Positions 41,862-56,021 of a DNA stretch of 64,000 nucleotides are shown here, piece by piece. A program made the position numbers and the translations under genes. Source of the DNA: Escherichia coli (GTDB lineage Bacteria > Pseudomonadota > Gammaproteobacteria > Enterobacterales > Enterobacteriaceae); the NCBI RefSeq assembly GCF_045037415.1, contig NZ_CP173438.1; one strand, 5' to 3'. The stretch's first letter is position 1, and each line of letters starts with the position of its first letter. The notes beneath the pieces were generated by a model. That model was not told the DNA's origin. It saw only the letters and a list, made by a program, of their open reading frames with translations, and did no database searches.

Positions 41862-42746
41862 TCAATCATGTATTTTTACAGCAAGACAACCACGAACAAA
41901 CTCAGGATTAAAATGTTTTACCGATTCCCCAACATAACCCAAATCTAGCGAACTAATTTGCGCCATTTCTTTCTCTGTCAGTGAGAAATCCCAGATAGCA
42001 AAATTTTCTTCGATACGCTGTTGATGTGTCGATTTCGGAATAACGACCACTCCCCGTTGAATATTCCAACGCAGAATGACCTGAGAAATCGATTTTTGAT
42101 GGGCATCTGCAATACTCTGAAGCAGATTATTTTCAAAGGGTTTATGTCGTCCACCACCTAACGGAGCCCATGCTTCAGGCTGCACGTTATAATACTTCAT
42201 GGTTGCCAGCGCCTCTGGTTGGGCAAAATAGGGATGCAACTCGACCTGGTTGACCATCGGTTTAACTCTTACCGTTTCACAAAAGTTCGCCAGAACATGA
42301 GGGTAGAAATTGGAAACCCCAATCGCTTTTAATTTGCCCTCTTCATAGGCATCTTCGAGTGCACGCCACGCACTAAAATAATCGCGCATGGCCTGGTGCA
42401 ATAAATAGAGATCGAAGTATTCTAGCCCCGATTTTTTTAATGATGCTTCAATACCTGCTGCTGCAATATCCTGATTCAACATATCCTGCACCCACAATTT
42501 AGACGTTATAAATAACTCTTCTCGGGTACATAAACCTTCAGATATGGCTTCACGAACGGCTTCACCGACGGCATCTTCATTACCGTATACCGCTGCAGTG
42601 TCGATGAGTCGATAACCCGTGCGGATAGCATTCAACACTGACTGTTTGCACACGTCTTTATCGGTAACCTGAAAAACACCAAATCCCATCATCGGCATTT
42701 TCAGATTGTTACTTAATACGGAAAATTCCACTGTCAGTCCCTCCAT
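41862..42746 (-). CDS. Aldo-keto reductase (DkgA-like NADPH-dependent reductase)
   Basis: 294 aa ORF; AKR motifs ([27 protein letters not shown]); N-terminus parallels DkgA. Confidence 0.85.
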   Translation of the reverse strand: MEGLTVEFSVLSNNLKMPMMGFGVFQVTDKDVCKQSVLNAIRTGYRLIDTAAVYGNEDAVGEAVREAISEGLCTREELFITSKLWVQDMLNQDIAAAGIEASLKKSGLEYFDLYLLHQAMRDYFSAWRALEDAYEEGKLKAIGVSNFYPHVLANFCETVRVKPMVNQVELHPYFAQPEALATMKYYNVQPEAWAPLGGGRHKPFENNLLQSIADAHQKSISQVILRWNIQRGVVVIPKSTHQQRIEENFAIWDFSLTEKEMAQISSLDLGYVGESVKHFNPEFVRGCLAVKIHD

Positions 42747-42945
42747 TAGGTATGAACAATGAGTCTACGTTAAAACGTAACCTCAAATTAGTATGTGGAT
42801 TTTGATATCACTTATGCAAAAAATTCATTAATAATGTAGGACTGAAACCTCTCTATTTTTGGGGCAATGAAGCAGACGCTATCAGTGCTTTTGCCTTGGG
42901 ACTTGCTGTTTTTGATACACTTAGGGCCCAGGACATAACGAAAAT

Positions 42946-43836
42946 GTGCGATATGACAAAGAATTAACGGAGTATGTGATGATCAGGCAGAAGATTCTAC
43001 AGCAGCTCCTGGAGTGGATTGAGTGCAATCTTGAGCACCCTATTTCAATCGAAGATATCGCACAGAAATCTGGCTACAGCAGACGCAACATCCAGCTTCT
43101 GTTCCGAAATTTCATGCATGTGCCTTTGGGAGAATACATTCGCAAACGAAGGCTTTGTCGTGCCGCCATTCTTGTCCGGCTCTCCGCGAAATCTATGCTT
43201 GATATTGCACTCTCTTTGCATTTTGATTCACAGCAGTCATTCAGCCGCGAATTTAAAAAGTTATTCGGCTGCTCTCCCCGTGAATACCGCCACCGTGATT
43301 ATTGGGATCTCGCAAATATCTTCCCTTCTTTTTTAATACGTCAACAGCAAAAGACGGAGTGTAGATTAGTCAACTTTCCTGAGACACCTATTTTTGGCAA
43401 TTCATTTAAATATGATATTGAAGTGTCGAATAAATTACCGGATGAAGAAGTCAAACTGCGACGTCATCATTTAGTCAGATGTATGAAGAATTTTAAGACG
43501 GATATCTATTTCGTCTCCACGTTCGAACCATCAACAAAATCGGTCGATTTGCTCACAGTTGAAACTTTTGCCGGTACGGTATGCAAACAAACCGATTCAG
43601 AGATGCCGAAAGAGTGGACAATTAACCGAGGACTGTATGCCTCTTTCCGCTATGAAGGTGAGTGGGAGCACTACCCTGAATGGGCGCGAAACCTCTATCT
43701 GATGGAATTACCTGCCAGGGGGTTAGCCAGAGTGAACGGCAGTGATATTGAGCGATTTTATTACAATGAAAACTTCGTCGAAATTGATAGCAATAACATT
43801 GTTTGCGAAATTTTTATCCCCGTTCGCCCGGTTTAG
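42946..43836 (+). CDS. ykgA: AraC-family regulator with C-terminal GyrI-like effector domain
   Basis: 296 aa ORF (start could be 42979 MIRQK); AraC HTH (ISIEDIAQKSGYSRRNIQLLFRN... SFSREFKKLFGCSPREYR). Confidence 0.75.
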   Translation: MRYDKELTEYVMIRQKILQQLLEWIECNLEHPISIEDIAQKSGYSRRNIQLLFRNFMHVPLGEYIRKRRLCRAAILVRLSAKSMLDIALSLHFDSQQSFSREFKKLFGCSPREYRHRDYWDLANIFPSFLIRQQQKTECRLVNFPETPIFGNSFKYDIEVSNKLPDEEVKLRRHHLVRCMKNFKTDIYFVSTFEPSTKSVDLLTVETFAGTVCKQTDSEMPKEWTINRGLYASFRYEGEWEHYPEWARNLYLMELPARGLARVNGSDIERFYYNENFVEIDSNNIVCEIFIPVRPV

Positions 43837-43960
43837 CCTGTAACTCCATCACATAAGATTTACCCTACCCTGCCACCGTCTAATCGGTGCCAGGGTAGGT
43901 ATTCAGTAAATAATGGCGCTGCGCATGTCAACGCCATTATTATTTATTACATCGTCGTTT

Positions 43961-46900
43961 TTATTTCTCCTCAGCACCTTCAGTATCTGCAGGAACGGCG
44001 TTAATTGTCACAGTCACGGGTTTCATTTCATACCCTCCATATGTCAAAGAGTTGAATGTGAATGTGTATGTACCTGGCTTGTTGGTACTAAATGTACGCG
44101 TGATTTTCCCGCTCGCGAAATGGTCATTTTTCGACGGCAGGAACTGATAATCCGCCTCTGTCACCCCTTCCGGAGCCTCAATGTCGACCCACATGGTTCC
44201 TCCTACCGGGTTGTTTGCCGAGAACAGGGTTACCGTCAGTGTTGCTGTCGTTACCCCATCCGCCACCAGAGAATGCACATCAGATGTTGCGGCGAGCTCC
44301 GCGTTTTTATCATCCGCGACGAATTTAGATTCGGCAGTTTTCGTCGATTCCTGACCGTCGGCCTGTTCCACTTTCGCCGTGAGTGTATATGTCGCTGCGA
44401 CAGTGGTCGTGGCGGTGAAAATAGCCTGCCCTTGCTCATTCGTTGTCGCCGTCCCATTGGGAGTCAGAACTAAATTTTCCGGGCTGGCAGTCAGCGTCAC
44501 TTCGCTATCTTTCAGCAGGTTGTTATTGGCATCAGTCACCGTAACTTTATACGTCTGTTTGGTTTTGCCGTCCGCCACTGCACGGTTGCCAATCACCTCA
44601 ATACTGGAGATGGTCGCCGTAGTCTTATCGGCCACAAACGTTACAGACTGCGCATTCGAAGGCTGGTCATTTCCTGCTGACGCCGTGATCTCATAGGTTC
44701 CGGCAGTCACGGAAACCACCTGCAACTCCGCTTTCCCCTCATCGTTGGCTTTCACCCACACATTATCGCCTGTAAGCGGCTTGACACCCCGGGGCAGATT
44801 AAAGGTCACCAGGCTCCCTGGAACAGGGTTACCATTTTTATCCTCAACGTTCGCCGTCAGCGTAAAGGCATCTTTGCCGTTTGCCACTTTTTGAACGGCG
44901 GTGTCTACCTGCAGGTTTGCCTGACCGGTGCTGGCATCCGCGTTGAATTTCACCGTGACCGTCTTCTGAGCACCATTCACCGAAGCGGAAATATTGTGTT
45001 CTCCCGCAACCGTTGACATAAGCTCAATGTCCACTTTCCCTGCCGCATTGGTTGTTACTGTATTCCCCGTCTTGCTGGTCACACCCTGCGGTAAAGTCAG
45101 CGTAACTTCTTGCCCCTGCAACGGGTTACCATAGCTGTCCACGACGGTCAGGGTTATCTGGTTAGCAGACTGTCCATTAGCCAGTTGGTTATTAACCTTC
45201 ACTGTCATATCACGAATCTCAGCCTTAGATGCGTCACCTGCAACATTCAGCACCAGTGGCTGAGCAACGGCATTTTGGCCGTTCACTCGCGGCATCACAG
45301 ACAACTGACCCGCGGCAGATCCCAGCGTTAAGGTCGACACGTAGACCCCATTACCTTTCTCTGTCCAGTTTCCTGCTGAAGGACGCTCACTCCCCGTGCT
45401 GGCGGCACCACTAAACACTGGTGCATCTGGCTTCAGCCCGGTGACCGGATTCCCGTACGCATCCTTCACGGTGAAGGTGAGTTCCGTCGTCGTTTTAACC
45501 GTTGGAGTTTTATTGTCCGCAACAAGCGTAGAGTTCGCTGATGACATCTCTCCGGCAATAACAGTCAGCTGCGCGGCTTCGGTGGCTGCAGGCTGGCCGT
45601 TGAAGAGCGGCATGACACGAAGCTCGCCCGTCTTTCCGCCTGTAGTTAACGTAGCAACATAGGAACCGTCACCTTTTTCGGTCCAACTGGAAACGGTCGC
45701 CCCTTCAGAGGCGGTCCCCGTCAAACTTGCCGACAACGAAAGACCACTGATAGCGTTGCCATGCGCATCTTTCGCCACCAGCGTTACGGTTGTGCTTTCA
45801 CCGGCTTTTACGTGATCTTCTGCGACAGAGACTTTCGACTGGTTTGAAGATAATGCATCAGCCACCACGGTTACTTTTGCCGCATTCGCTGCCGCGTCCT
45901 GCCCATTGAGCTTCGGCATAACGTCTAATTCACCCGCCGTAGTGCCGAGAGAAATCTGCGCAATCCAGGTCCCGTCGCCATTATCCGTCCAGCCTGATGC
46001 CGTAGAACCAGCAGCAGCTGCGCCCGATAATGACGGTGCATCCGGATTGAGGCCAGTTACAGGGTTGTCATTAGCATCTTTTGCCGTCCAGATTGCCGTA
46101 ACTGTACCGCCAACCACCGGTTTATCAGGATTCAGGGTGATGGACGAATGTGCTGCATCAAGCGGCCCGGCAACAAACTTCAGCGTTTGTTGTAACGTGC
46201 CCAGCTGATACTGCTCGCTGAAGGCACGCACAACAACGTTCCCGGCACGGGTCGAAGAAACCGTGGCGCTGTAAACCCCTGGTTTTATTTCCGAAATGGC
46301 ACCAACGGTTACACCATTAGTGTCTTGCGGAACAAGTCGCAGGCGGCTGGCTTCTCCCGTCACCGGATTACCCTCGGAGTCCACCGCTGTCAGTGTCAGC
46401 GTGTAGGCTTGCTGACCATCAGCAACCACATCACCTGACGGCTCGTTAGCGCTCAGGGTGGAGTTTGCCACATCCATCATCGTGGCCCGCAGTTCTGCAG
46501 TGACAGTTTTGCTCATGTCATCAACGCTAACAGTAATCGTTGCCTCACCTGACTGCGTTCCGGTAGTAAAGACAGACTGATACACCCCTGATTCAGTTTC
46601 GGTGAACTCACCCAGTGTTGGCTTTGCCTGTGATTTAGTGGCCTTCAGGGTACGAGTCACAATATTTCCAGCCGGTTTGAAGGTTAGTTCAGTCTTGATC
46701 TGATCTTTCATGCCCGTGACTGGCTGACCCTCGGCGTCGCGCAGAGACAGCACCAGCGGCTTTTGCTCATTACCGTTAGCAAGCATTTGAATACGGCTCT
46801 GACCGTCAAGCGTTAACGCCGTACGATCGGCGCTCATACCAGCTCCGCTAATAACCACTTCTGTCTGCACACGTTTCGAGGCATTGCCTTTGTTATCGTA

Positions 46901-48208
46901 GGCAATCGCTGAAATCGCATAATAATTGTCTTTGCCTGCCTGATAAGCCGGGAGCGTCACTTGCCACTGATTGCCCTGCCCCGTAATTTTTCCGCCTGCG
47001 GCCAGCAAAGACGGCGCTTCCCATTGCACATTTTTCAGACCGTGAGTTGCTTTGCTGACCACAAGCCCCAGGGAAACCGTCTGGCCGCCCTTGCCTTCAA
47101 TACGCTCAGGCAGAGCAATACGGATCACTTCAGATTTGCGATACTCAAGAACGATATTGTTATTACGCTCAACCAGGTCATAGCGGCTGCCTGCCAGCAT
47201 TCGACGCTCGCGAATGCTGTCTGTATCGAGTTGTTTTTCCAGAGGTTCGCCAATCCGATAATTAACTTCCAGGCCAAAGCGAGTGTCATTCTCACCACTC
47301 TTGCCCTGCTTATGCCCGGCACTCAGGGTCAGAAGAGGCACTGGCGTGTAATTCACTTCAGCGGTAATCGCATGTGGATCTTTCTGGCGTTTATCTTTAC
47401 CAAACAGCCCGACTTCATCGCCATAATACTGTTCATACATGAGGCTTGCGCCAAGCTGCGGCCAGGCAGGTAAATAGCCCTCAGCACGAATATCCCAGCC
47501 ATTCGCCGGGCGTTCCTGATAATCCTCAACATCCGGCGATTTTTTCCAGCCAGAAGCCCGGATATAACCATTGGCGCTCAGTTTCAAATAATCACGCCAG
47601 TATTCCGCACCAACACCAATGCGGGTATGACTACGGGATAAATCATGATCGATAAAAGTATTCACCCCCGCCATCCAGTCATTTTCTGAAAAATGACGCC
47701 AGCCAAAACCAATATTTGACTGAGTACGATCGTCGGTACGATGTATTGCCCCCTGAGTGAACAACATATTTGTCGGTGTATCATAAATCGGATAAAGCAT
47801 TTCCAGCGAAGAGTCCTTCAGCGAGAAATTTTTATCGACATTCAGTTTGACGCGCGCAGTACCGTATTTCCCGAGCCACTCCTGAATTTCCTGGTTAGCT
47901 TTAGCGGTGGCCATTCCGGTAATAAAGTTACGTGTCGCATCGCTATCTGGCTGACTGCTTAAAAATGTCCCGGCATTAGCGGCAAGCGACGCGACATTTT
48001 TCTCCACGTTATTATTAGCAGTTACCGTAGTATTTTCCATGCTCAACCGTGGCTGAACCGCATGCTGCGCACGTGCTGCCATTACTGGCGTAAAGGTGAC
48101 TGCGAGTGGAAAAAGAACCTGAACAGAGATATTTGCCCACGCCACGCAGCGGGCCAGAACTGAATAACGAAATCGTGGCTGTTTATTGTCTGTTTTATAA
48201 CGTGACAT
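43961..48208 (-). CDS. fdeC: Intimin/invasin-family outer-membrane adhesin (FdeC/EaeH), intact
   Basis: 1415 aa uninterrupted ORF; N-terminal beta-barrel region and repeated Ig-like units (e.g. recurring VMPxxNGQxAxAxxAxxTV). Confidence 0.9.
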   Translation of the reverse strand: MSRYKTDNKQPRFRYSVLARCVAWANISVQVLFPLAVTFTPVMAARAQHAVQPRLSMENTTVTANNNVEKNVASLAANAGTFLSSQPDSDATRNFITGMATAKANQEIQEWLGKYGTARVKLNVDKNFSLKDSSLEMLYPIYDTPTNMLFTQGAIHRTDDRTQSNIGFGWRHFSENDWMAGVNTFIDHDLSRSHTRIGVGAEYWRDYLKLSANGYIRASGWKKSPDVEDYQERPANGWDIRAEGYLPAWPQLGASLMYEQYYGDEVGLFGKDKRQKDPHAITAEVNYTPVPLLTLSAGHKQGKSGENDTRFGLEVNYRIGEPLEKQLDTDSIRERRMLAGSRYDLVERNNNIVLEYRKSEVIRIALPERIEGKGGQTVSLGLVVSKATHGLKNVQWEAPSLLAAGGKITGQGNQWQVTLPAYQAGKDNYYAISAIAYDNKGNASKRVQTEVVISGAGMSADRTALTLDGQSRIQMLANGNEQKPLVLSLRDAEGQPVTGMKDQIKTELTFKPAGNIVTRTLKATKSQAKPTLGEFTETESGVYQSVFTTGTQSGEATITVSVDDMSKTVTAELRATMMDVANSTLSANEPSGDVVADGQQAYTLTLTAVDSEGNPVTGEASRLRLVPQDTNGVTVGAISEIKPGVYSATVSSTRAGNVVVRAFSEQYQLGTLQQTLKFVAGPLDAAHSSITLNPDKPVVGGTVTAIWTAKDANDNPVTGLNPDAPSLSGAAAAGSTASGWTDNGDGTWIAQISLGTTAGELDVMPKLNGQDAAANAAKVTVVADALSSNQSKVSVAEDHVKAGESTTVTLVAKDAHGNAISGLSLSASLTGTASEGATVSSWTEKGDGSYVATLTTGGKTGELRVMPLFNGQPAATEAAQLTVIAGEMSSANSTLVADNKTPTVKTTTELTFTVKDAYGNPVTGLKPDAPVFSGAASTGSERPSAGNWTEKGNGVYVSTLTLGSAAGQLSVMPRVNGQNAVAQPLVLNVAGDASKAEIRDMTVKVNNQLANGQSANQITLTVVDSYGNPLQGQEVTLTLPQGVTSKTGNTVTTNAAGKVDIELMSTVAGEHNISASVNGAQKTVTVKFNADASTGQANLQVDTAVQKVANGKDAFTLTANVEDKNGNPVPGSLVTFNLPRGVKPLTGDNVWVKANDEGKAELQVVSVTAGTYEITASAGNDQPSNAQSVTFVADKTTATISSIEVIGNRAVADGKTKQTYKVTVTDANNNLLKDSEVTLTASPENLVLTPNGTATTNEQGQAIFTATTTVAATYTLTAKVEQADGQESTKTAESKFVADDKNAELAATSDVHSLVADGVTTATLTVTLFSANNPVGGTMWVDIEAPEGVTEADYQFLPSKNDHFASGKITRTFSTNKPGTYTFTFNSLTYGGYEMKPVTVTINAVPADTEGAEEK

Positions 48209-48758
48209 TGAGATAATTTCCTGATGAACGAATTAACGAACATAGGCAGACACAAATAATGGCGTCTGCTTGTCAGAAAAACCGGGGATTTCCCGGTTTC
48301 CTTTTCCACAGAAAAGGAAATACCTTTATGTAAGAAAGTACACCGCCACCTAATATATCCAGTGTCTGTAGCCACTCATCAGGTGGTTGGGCGCGGGATT
48401 ATATTTTTATTTATGGGTAAAAATTTAGCTTTTTGTGCAAGTCATTAAATAGATACTTAAGTTATATTTCTTACTCTGCGGGCAGTGAATAATTCATTAT
48501 CCAGAGTGAATAATAATGACCCGTCTTTAATTAACTGCTATTGGGAGTACGTCGAAGTAAGTATATACGCCGGGATAAACCAATATATTTTTTATGGACA
48601 TTCATTTTTATTCATCGGACTGTAAATTCCGGGGATATCGAACTTGCACGACTAATCTCAACCCTCAAACAGATTTATGAATTTTGTTCATAACCCCTGA
48701 CAAATCCTGCCGTCTAATCGAGCTCTTCCCTTTACGTTATGCTTCTCATGAACGATAA

Positions 48759-51682
<2,924 letters not shown>

Positions 51683-51764
51683 CTAAACTTTCAGGAGATT
51701 TATTATGAATAAACGTATTCTCACGATTGCGCCATTCTTCTTACCGATATTCTGACACACATCA

Positions 51765-52691
51765 TTAACTTTCTATTTTTACTCTTTTCTCCACCATAAA
51801 ATCAATAAAAGCACGAACTTTAGAGGGCATTCTCACCCGAGATGAAACATATATATAAAATCCAGGAAATGAAACGGCCCAATCCTCAAGAATCGGCTGT
51901 AACTTGCCCGCATTGATATGTTCAGCGATTGCAAAATCCAGATGTTGAATGATACCCGTTCCATTCAGCGCCATTCGTATCATGCTTTCGTCATCATTAG
52001 AAATATACTTACCTGACACCTCTATTTCGAACTCTTCATTACCCCCCACAACATTCGAAAACTCCCATGCTGAGAGTGCACCGCTACTTTTATGCCGCAA
52101 CCGAAGACAATTATGGTTACTCAATTCCTGAGGAGTTTCAGGAATACCGTGTTCTTTTAAATAATCTGGCGATGCCACAGTAACCAGTTTAATAAGCGGA
52201 GAAACAGGAATGGCAGTCATATGCTCATCCAGTCCTTGCTCAAGACGTATGCCCACATCACAGCCGTCCGCAATAATGTTAGATAAACCGTCATCCATAA
52301 TGAGTTCTATCTTTGTTTTGGGGTAACGAGTAAGAAACTCGCCAATATGAGGCTCAACAAGCATCCTTGCTGCAACACGGGAGGAATTTATTCTCAACAG
52401 TCCTGTAGGTTCAAGTTGGGTATCACCGACATCTTTCAACGCATCATCAATTTGCCCCAAAGCCGACACCAGCACTTCATACAGATGCTGTCCTTCCTCA
52501 GTAAGCGACATATTGCGGGTTGTACGGTATATCAGCTTGGTGTTAAGACGTTCCTCAAGAGATTTTAAATTCTGGGACAATGCGGCCCGCGTAATACCCA
52601 TTTCAGAGGCTGCTCTGGAAAAACTGCCGGCACGAACAATCAGCGCAAACCAGGCAAGGGAAGGCAAAATTGAAGGCTCTATTTTCATCAT
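51765..52691 (-). CDS. LysR-family transcriptional regulator, divergent from hydrolase/OYE genes
   Basis: ORF 51765-52754; probable start MMKIEPS; HTH FSRAASEMGITRAALSQNLKSLE. Confidence 0.8.
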   Translation of the reverse strand: MMKIEPSILPSLAWFALIVRAGSFSRAASEMGITRAALSQNLKSLEERLNTKLIYRTTRNMSLTEEGQHLYEVLVSALGQIDDALKDVGDTQLEPTGLLRINSSRVAARMLVEPHIGEFLTRYPKTKIELIMDDGLSNIIADGCDVGIRLEQGLDEHMTAIPVSPLIKLVTVASPDYLKEHGIPETPQELSNHNCLRLRHKSSGALSAWEFSNVVGGNEEFEIEVSGKYISNDDESMIRMALNGTGIIQHLDFAIAEHINAGKLQPILEDWAVSFPGFYIYVSSRVRMPSKVRAFIDFMVEKRVKIES

Positions 52692-52847
52692 TGTAAACCT
52701 TAACTTAACACTGTGATAGATATTAGACCATTGATGATAACCAATACAAGTCATACTATTACGCCGTTCGCGATATGAACACGAATGCCAGTTGCGGATA
52801 ATAGAAATGATATTTAAATCTGTTTAGGCAAATCCCTGGAGCTTGAA

Positions 52848-53768
52848 ATGAAAACTGTTTCAATAAAACACACTTACTGGGATATAGCTGCTGATATCTA
52901 TTTCCCTGACGATTTTAATAGTGAAAAAAAGTATCCTGCCATTATCAGTGCCCATCCAATTGGAAGCTGCAAAGAACAGACATCGGGTAGTGTGTATGGT
53001 GCCGCCCTGGCAAAAGCTGGCTTTATCGTCATTGCTTTTAATGCCAGTTTTCAGGGAAGCAGCGGTGGAGAACCGCGTTATCTGGAAGATCCAACAATGC
53101 GAGTAAAAGACTTCAGCATTGTCGTTGATTACCTTACCACCTTACCTTACGTTGATGCCGGGCGTATTGGTGTACTGGGTATTTGTGGTGGAGGTGGATA
53201 TGCCATTAATGCCGCAATGACAGAACGTCGGATTAAAGCCATTGGTACTGTCACAGGTGCAAACTACGGGCGTCTTATGCGTGAGGGATTTACAGCGTTT
53301 AATCCTATCGGAGCACTCGAAGCAATGGCGCAACAAAGAACAGACGAAGCTAACGGCGCAAAACTTCGCGTAGATGATTTGCTTCCTTCTTCTCCGGAAG
53401 CAGCTCTTGAAGCGGGATTAACAGAAATAGACCTTTTTGAAGCAACAGAATATTATCGTTCGCCACGAGGCTGTGCGCCTAATGGGGTAAATCGTTCGCT
53501 ATTTTCACATCAGACTGTTGCCGTGGGCTGGGATGCTTTTCATCTTGCAGAAGTCCTGTTAACTCAACCACTAATGGTTGTAGTAGGCGATAGAGTGGGC
53601 GCTTTTGGTGCCTATCGTGACGGCTGCGAAATTATTGGTCGTGCAGCCTCAAAACATAAAGAGTTGGTCGTGGTTGAAGGTTATTCACATTACGACCTGT
53701 ATGATAAGCCAGAACCTGTGAAACAGGCGCTCGATAAATTAATTCCTTTTTACAAAACACATTTGTAA
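52848..53768 (+). CDS. Alpha/beta hydrolase (dienelactone hydrolase-like, Cys nucleophile)
   Basis: 306 aa ORF; nucleophile elbow GICGGGGY. Confidence 0.75.
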   Translation: MKTVSIKHTYWDIAADIYFPDDFNSEKKYPAIISAHPIGSCKEQTSGSVYGAALAKAGFIVIAFNASFQGSSGGEPRYLEDPTMRVKDFSIVVDYLTTLPYVDAGRIGVLGICGGGGYAINAAMTERRIKAIGTVTGANYGRLMREGFTAFNPIGALEAMAQQRTDEANGAKLRVDDLLPSSPEAALEAGLTEIDLFEATEYYRSPRGCAPNGVNRSLFSHQTVAVGWDAFHLAEVLLTQPLMVVVGDRVGAFGAYRDGCEIIGRAASKHKELVVVEGYSHYDLYDKPEPVKQALDKLIPFYKTHL

Positions 53769-53940
53769 TAACCTTGCAGGGAGATTCATTATCTCCCTGA
53801 CATTTATCCTTTATTGACTACACGACAATAATAAAATTACTCAAAAAGAATTCTATTAAAGGAAAAAAGCATCAAAAAGTAGCAACTCAACTTATTAAGA
53901 TTATACGCATTAAAATCAGATAAACATTTGAGGTATTGTT

Positions 53941-55083
53941 ATGACAAATAAACACCCATCATTGTTTTCTCCTTTTATGCTGACAGAAAAAATAAAGCTA
54001 CGTAATCGTATCGTTATGGCTCCTATGACAACCTGGTCAGCTAATCCTGATGGAACCATCTCTGAGCAAGAACTCGAATTTTATAAACGTCGCTCACAAA
54101 ATGTTGGTTTAGTAATAACAGGATGTACCTATGTCACGCCAAGCGGCATTGGGTTTACTCATGAATTTGCCGCGTATGACGACCGTTTCATTAACAGCCT
54201 TGAAAAGTTAGCAGCTGCAGCCAAAAGTGGCGGTGCTCCGGCTATTTTGCAGATTTTCCACGCCGGTAATAAAGCCATCCCGGAGCTTGTGCCAAATTAC
54301 GATGTTATTAGTGCCAGCGCATCAAGCGTAAAATCTGGTGACTTTATGAAGAGAGTGGTACAAAGCAGGGAAATGACTGAAAACGAAATTCAGGAAACCA
54401 TTAGAGCATTCGGAGATGTCACAAAAAGGGCGATTAAAGCAGGTTTTGATGGCGTTGAACTTCATGGTGCGCACGGATTCCTTCTGCAGAATTTCTTCTC
54501 CCCTCTATTTAACCAGCGTAATGACCGATGGGGAGGAGATCTTGAAGGACGTATGCGCTTCCCGCTGGCCGTATTACAGGAAGTAAAAAATGTAGTCTAT
54601 GAATATGCGACAAAGCCCTTTGCTATCGGTTACAGAATATCTCCTGAAGAATCTGTAACAGGGGGACTGCGGATAGAGGATACTTATAAACTCCTTGATC
54701 GGCTCATTTCATCCGGTATTTCGTATATACATACCTCGCTGGTCAGTATTAACGATAGCTACCCTGTTGAGTCGCCAAATGGTCCCCGAACTATTGAATT
54801 GATTTTAAATCATATTGCAGGCAGAGTGCCGGTAATCGCCGCAGGTAAAATACGCACACCGTCTCAGGCTCAAGAAGCAATTTCCGCTGGCCTGCCACTT
54901 GTTGCGATCGGTAAAGGGCTGGTGATAAATCCAGAATGGGTGACTTTAGCTGAATCAGGTAGAAGTCATGAAATTCAAACAGCCCTTAATCCACAACGCG
55001 TTCCTGAATTAACCATTCCGGATAAACTATGGGATCAAATTCAGGCATCGAAAGGAACTGGCTGGTTTCCGTTAATGGATTAA
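53941..55083 (+). CDS. NADH:flavin oxidoreductase (Old Yellow Enzyme family)
   Basis: 380 aa ORF; OYE-type TIM-barrel motifs (MAPMTT, ILQIFHAGN, GVELHGAHGFLL). Confidence 0.85.
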   Translation: MTNKHPSLFSPFMLTEKIKLRNRIVMAPMTTWSANPDGTISEQELEFYKRRSQNVGLVITGCTYVTPSGIGFTHEFAAYDDRFINSLEKLAAAAKSGGAPAILQIFHAGNKAIPELVPNYDVISASASSVKSGDFMKRVVQSREMTENEIQETIRAFGDVTKRAIKAGFDGVELHGAHGFLLQNFFSPLFNQRNDRWGGDLEGRMRFPLAVLQEVKNVVYEYATKPFAIGYRISPEESVTGGLRIEDTYKLLDRLISSGISYIHTSLVSINDSYPVESPNGPRTIELILNHIAGRVPVIAAGKIRTPSQAQEAISAGLPLVAIGKGLVINPEWVTLAESGRSHEIQTALNPQRVPELTIPDKLWDQIQASKGTGWFPLMD

Positions 55084-55555
55084 ATATCGATTACTCTCCC
55101 GAGAGTAAAACTATCAAATCAATGAGTAACCGATACAGCCTCGCAAATTCTTTCAGATAATTAACCCGTCACTGCGGCACGTTCTCTCGCAAGGCGTGCC
55201 TGCAGTGTAATCCAGTATGTATCCGGCATAGTTGACGGTTTAATAGACTCAATTCCTCTCCCTGGTTACCTACAACGATATCTTGTATAACACCCCAGGA
55301 GATACGACGTTACGATGAGATGCGATATGCTCCTCAGCGCCAATCAACGCCAGGACTGGGCCAGTCTTGAGATCAGACTCATTCCCGTAACTGATTTCAG
55401 GCGACATATATCAATGACGTTGGGGCAATAAAAGATAGCCGATGTAATACATCTATTCAAATTTGTGATACATGTCAAAAAATTGGTTGACCAAACTCGT
55501 TATTTATATAAGGGCACTTACGAAGTGCACTCTTTTTTAAAGCGAGGAAGTACCA

Positions 55556-55657
55556 ATGAAAGAGAATAAAGTACAGCAAATCAGTCATAAACTGATTAAT
55601 ATCGTTGTTTTTGTCGCAATTGTAGAATACGCCTATTTATTTCTCCATTTCTATTAA
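55556..55657 (+). CDS. ykgR: Small hydrophobic protein (33 aa), YkgR-like
   Basis: ATG at 55556 after GAGGAAG RBS; MKENKVQQISHKLINIVVFVAIVEYAYLFLHFY; not in ORF track because under 60 aa. Confidence 0.6.
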   Translation: MKENKVQQISHKLINIVVFVAIVEYAYLFLHFY

Positions 55658-55992
55658 TAACGGCAATAAACTGTTCACTTCAGTGATATTTAAAATATGC
55701 ATCCTCTCCCTTTTTTGTAAGTAATTATTATATCCGTGGGAGAGGAATACACATTGTCAGGTAATCAATCATGCTGCAATAAATCATCGGCCAGTAAAGT
55801 GGAGATAGCCTCCATTCTCGAAAAATCCATACTCTCAGCGAAACCATCATCAATCACTCATCCAGGCGTTTATGGGAGCGTCGCCAATGGCTGCTAACAA
55901 TGCCAGACTTCCCCGTTGCGGAAATTCCACATCCCACAAATAGTCACAGTGATTGGGTGTTGAAATGATCCGGATGAGCATGTATCTTTACG

Positions 55993-56010
55993 GTTATGTT
56001 ATAACATAAC
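55993..56010 (+). promoter_or_regulatory. Zur box (zinc uptake regulator operator) overlapping the ykgM promoter
   Basis: Perfect AT-rich palindrome GTTATGTTATAACATAAC ~12 bp upstream of ykgM start, matching the Zur consensus core (TGTTATAACA). Confidence 0.8.
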
Positions 56011-56021
56011 AGGTAAAAATG

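Noticed and set aside
55515-55540. Short hairpin GCACTT-acg-AAGTGC followed by TCTTTTTT upstream of ykgR
   Set aside because: Only a 6 bp stem and far (>400 bp) from the nearest upstream gene end; could be a weak terminator but the evidence is thin.
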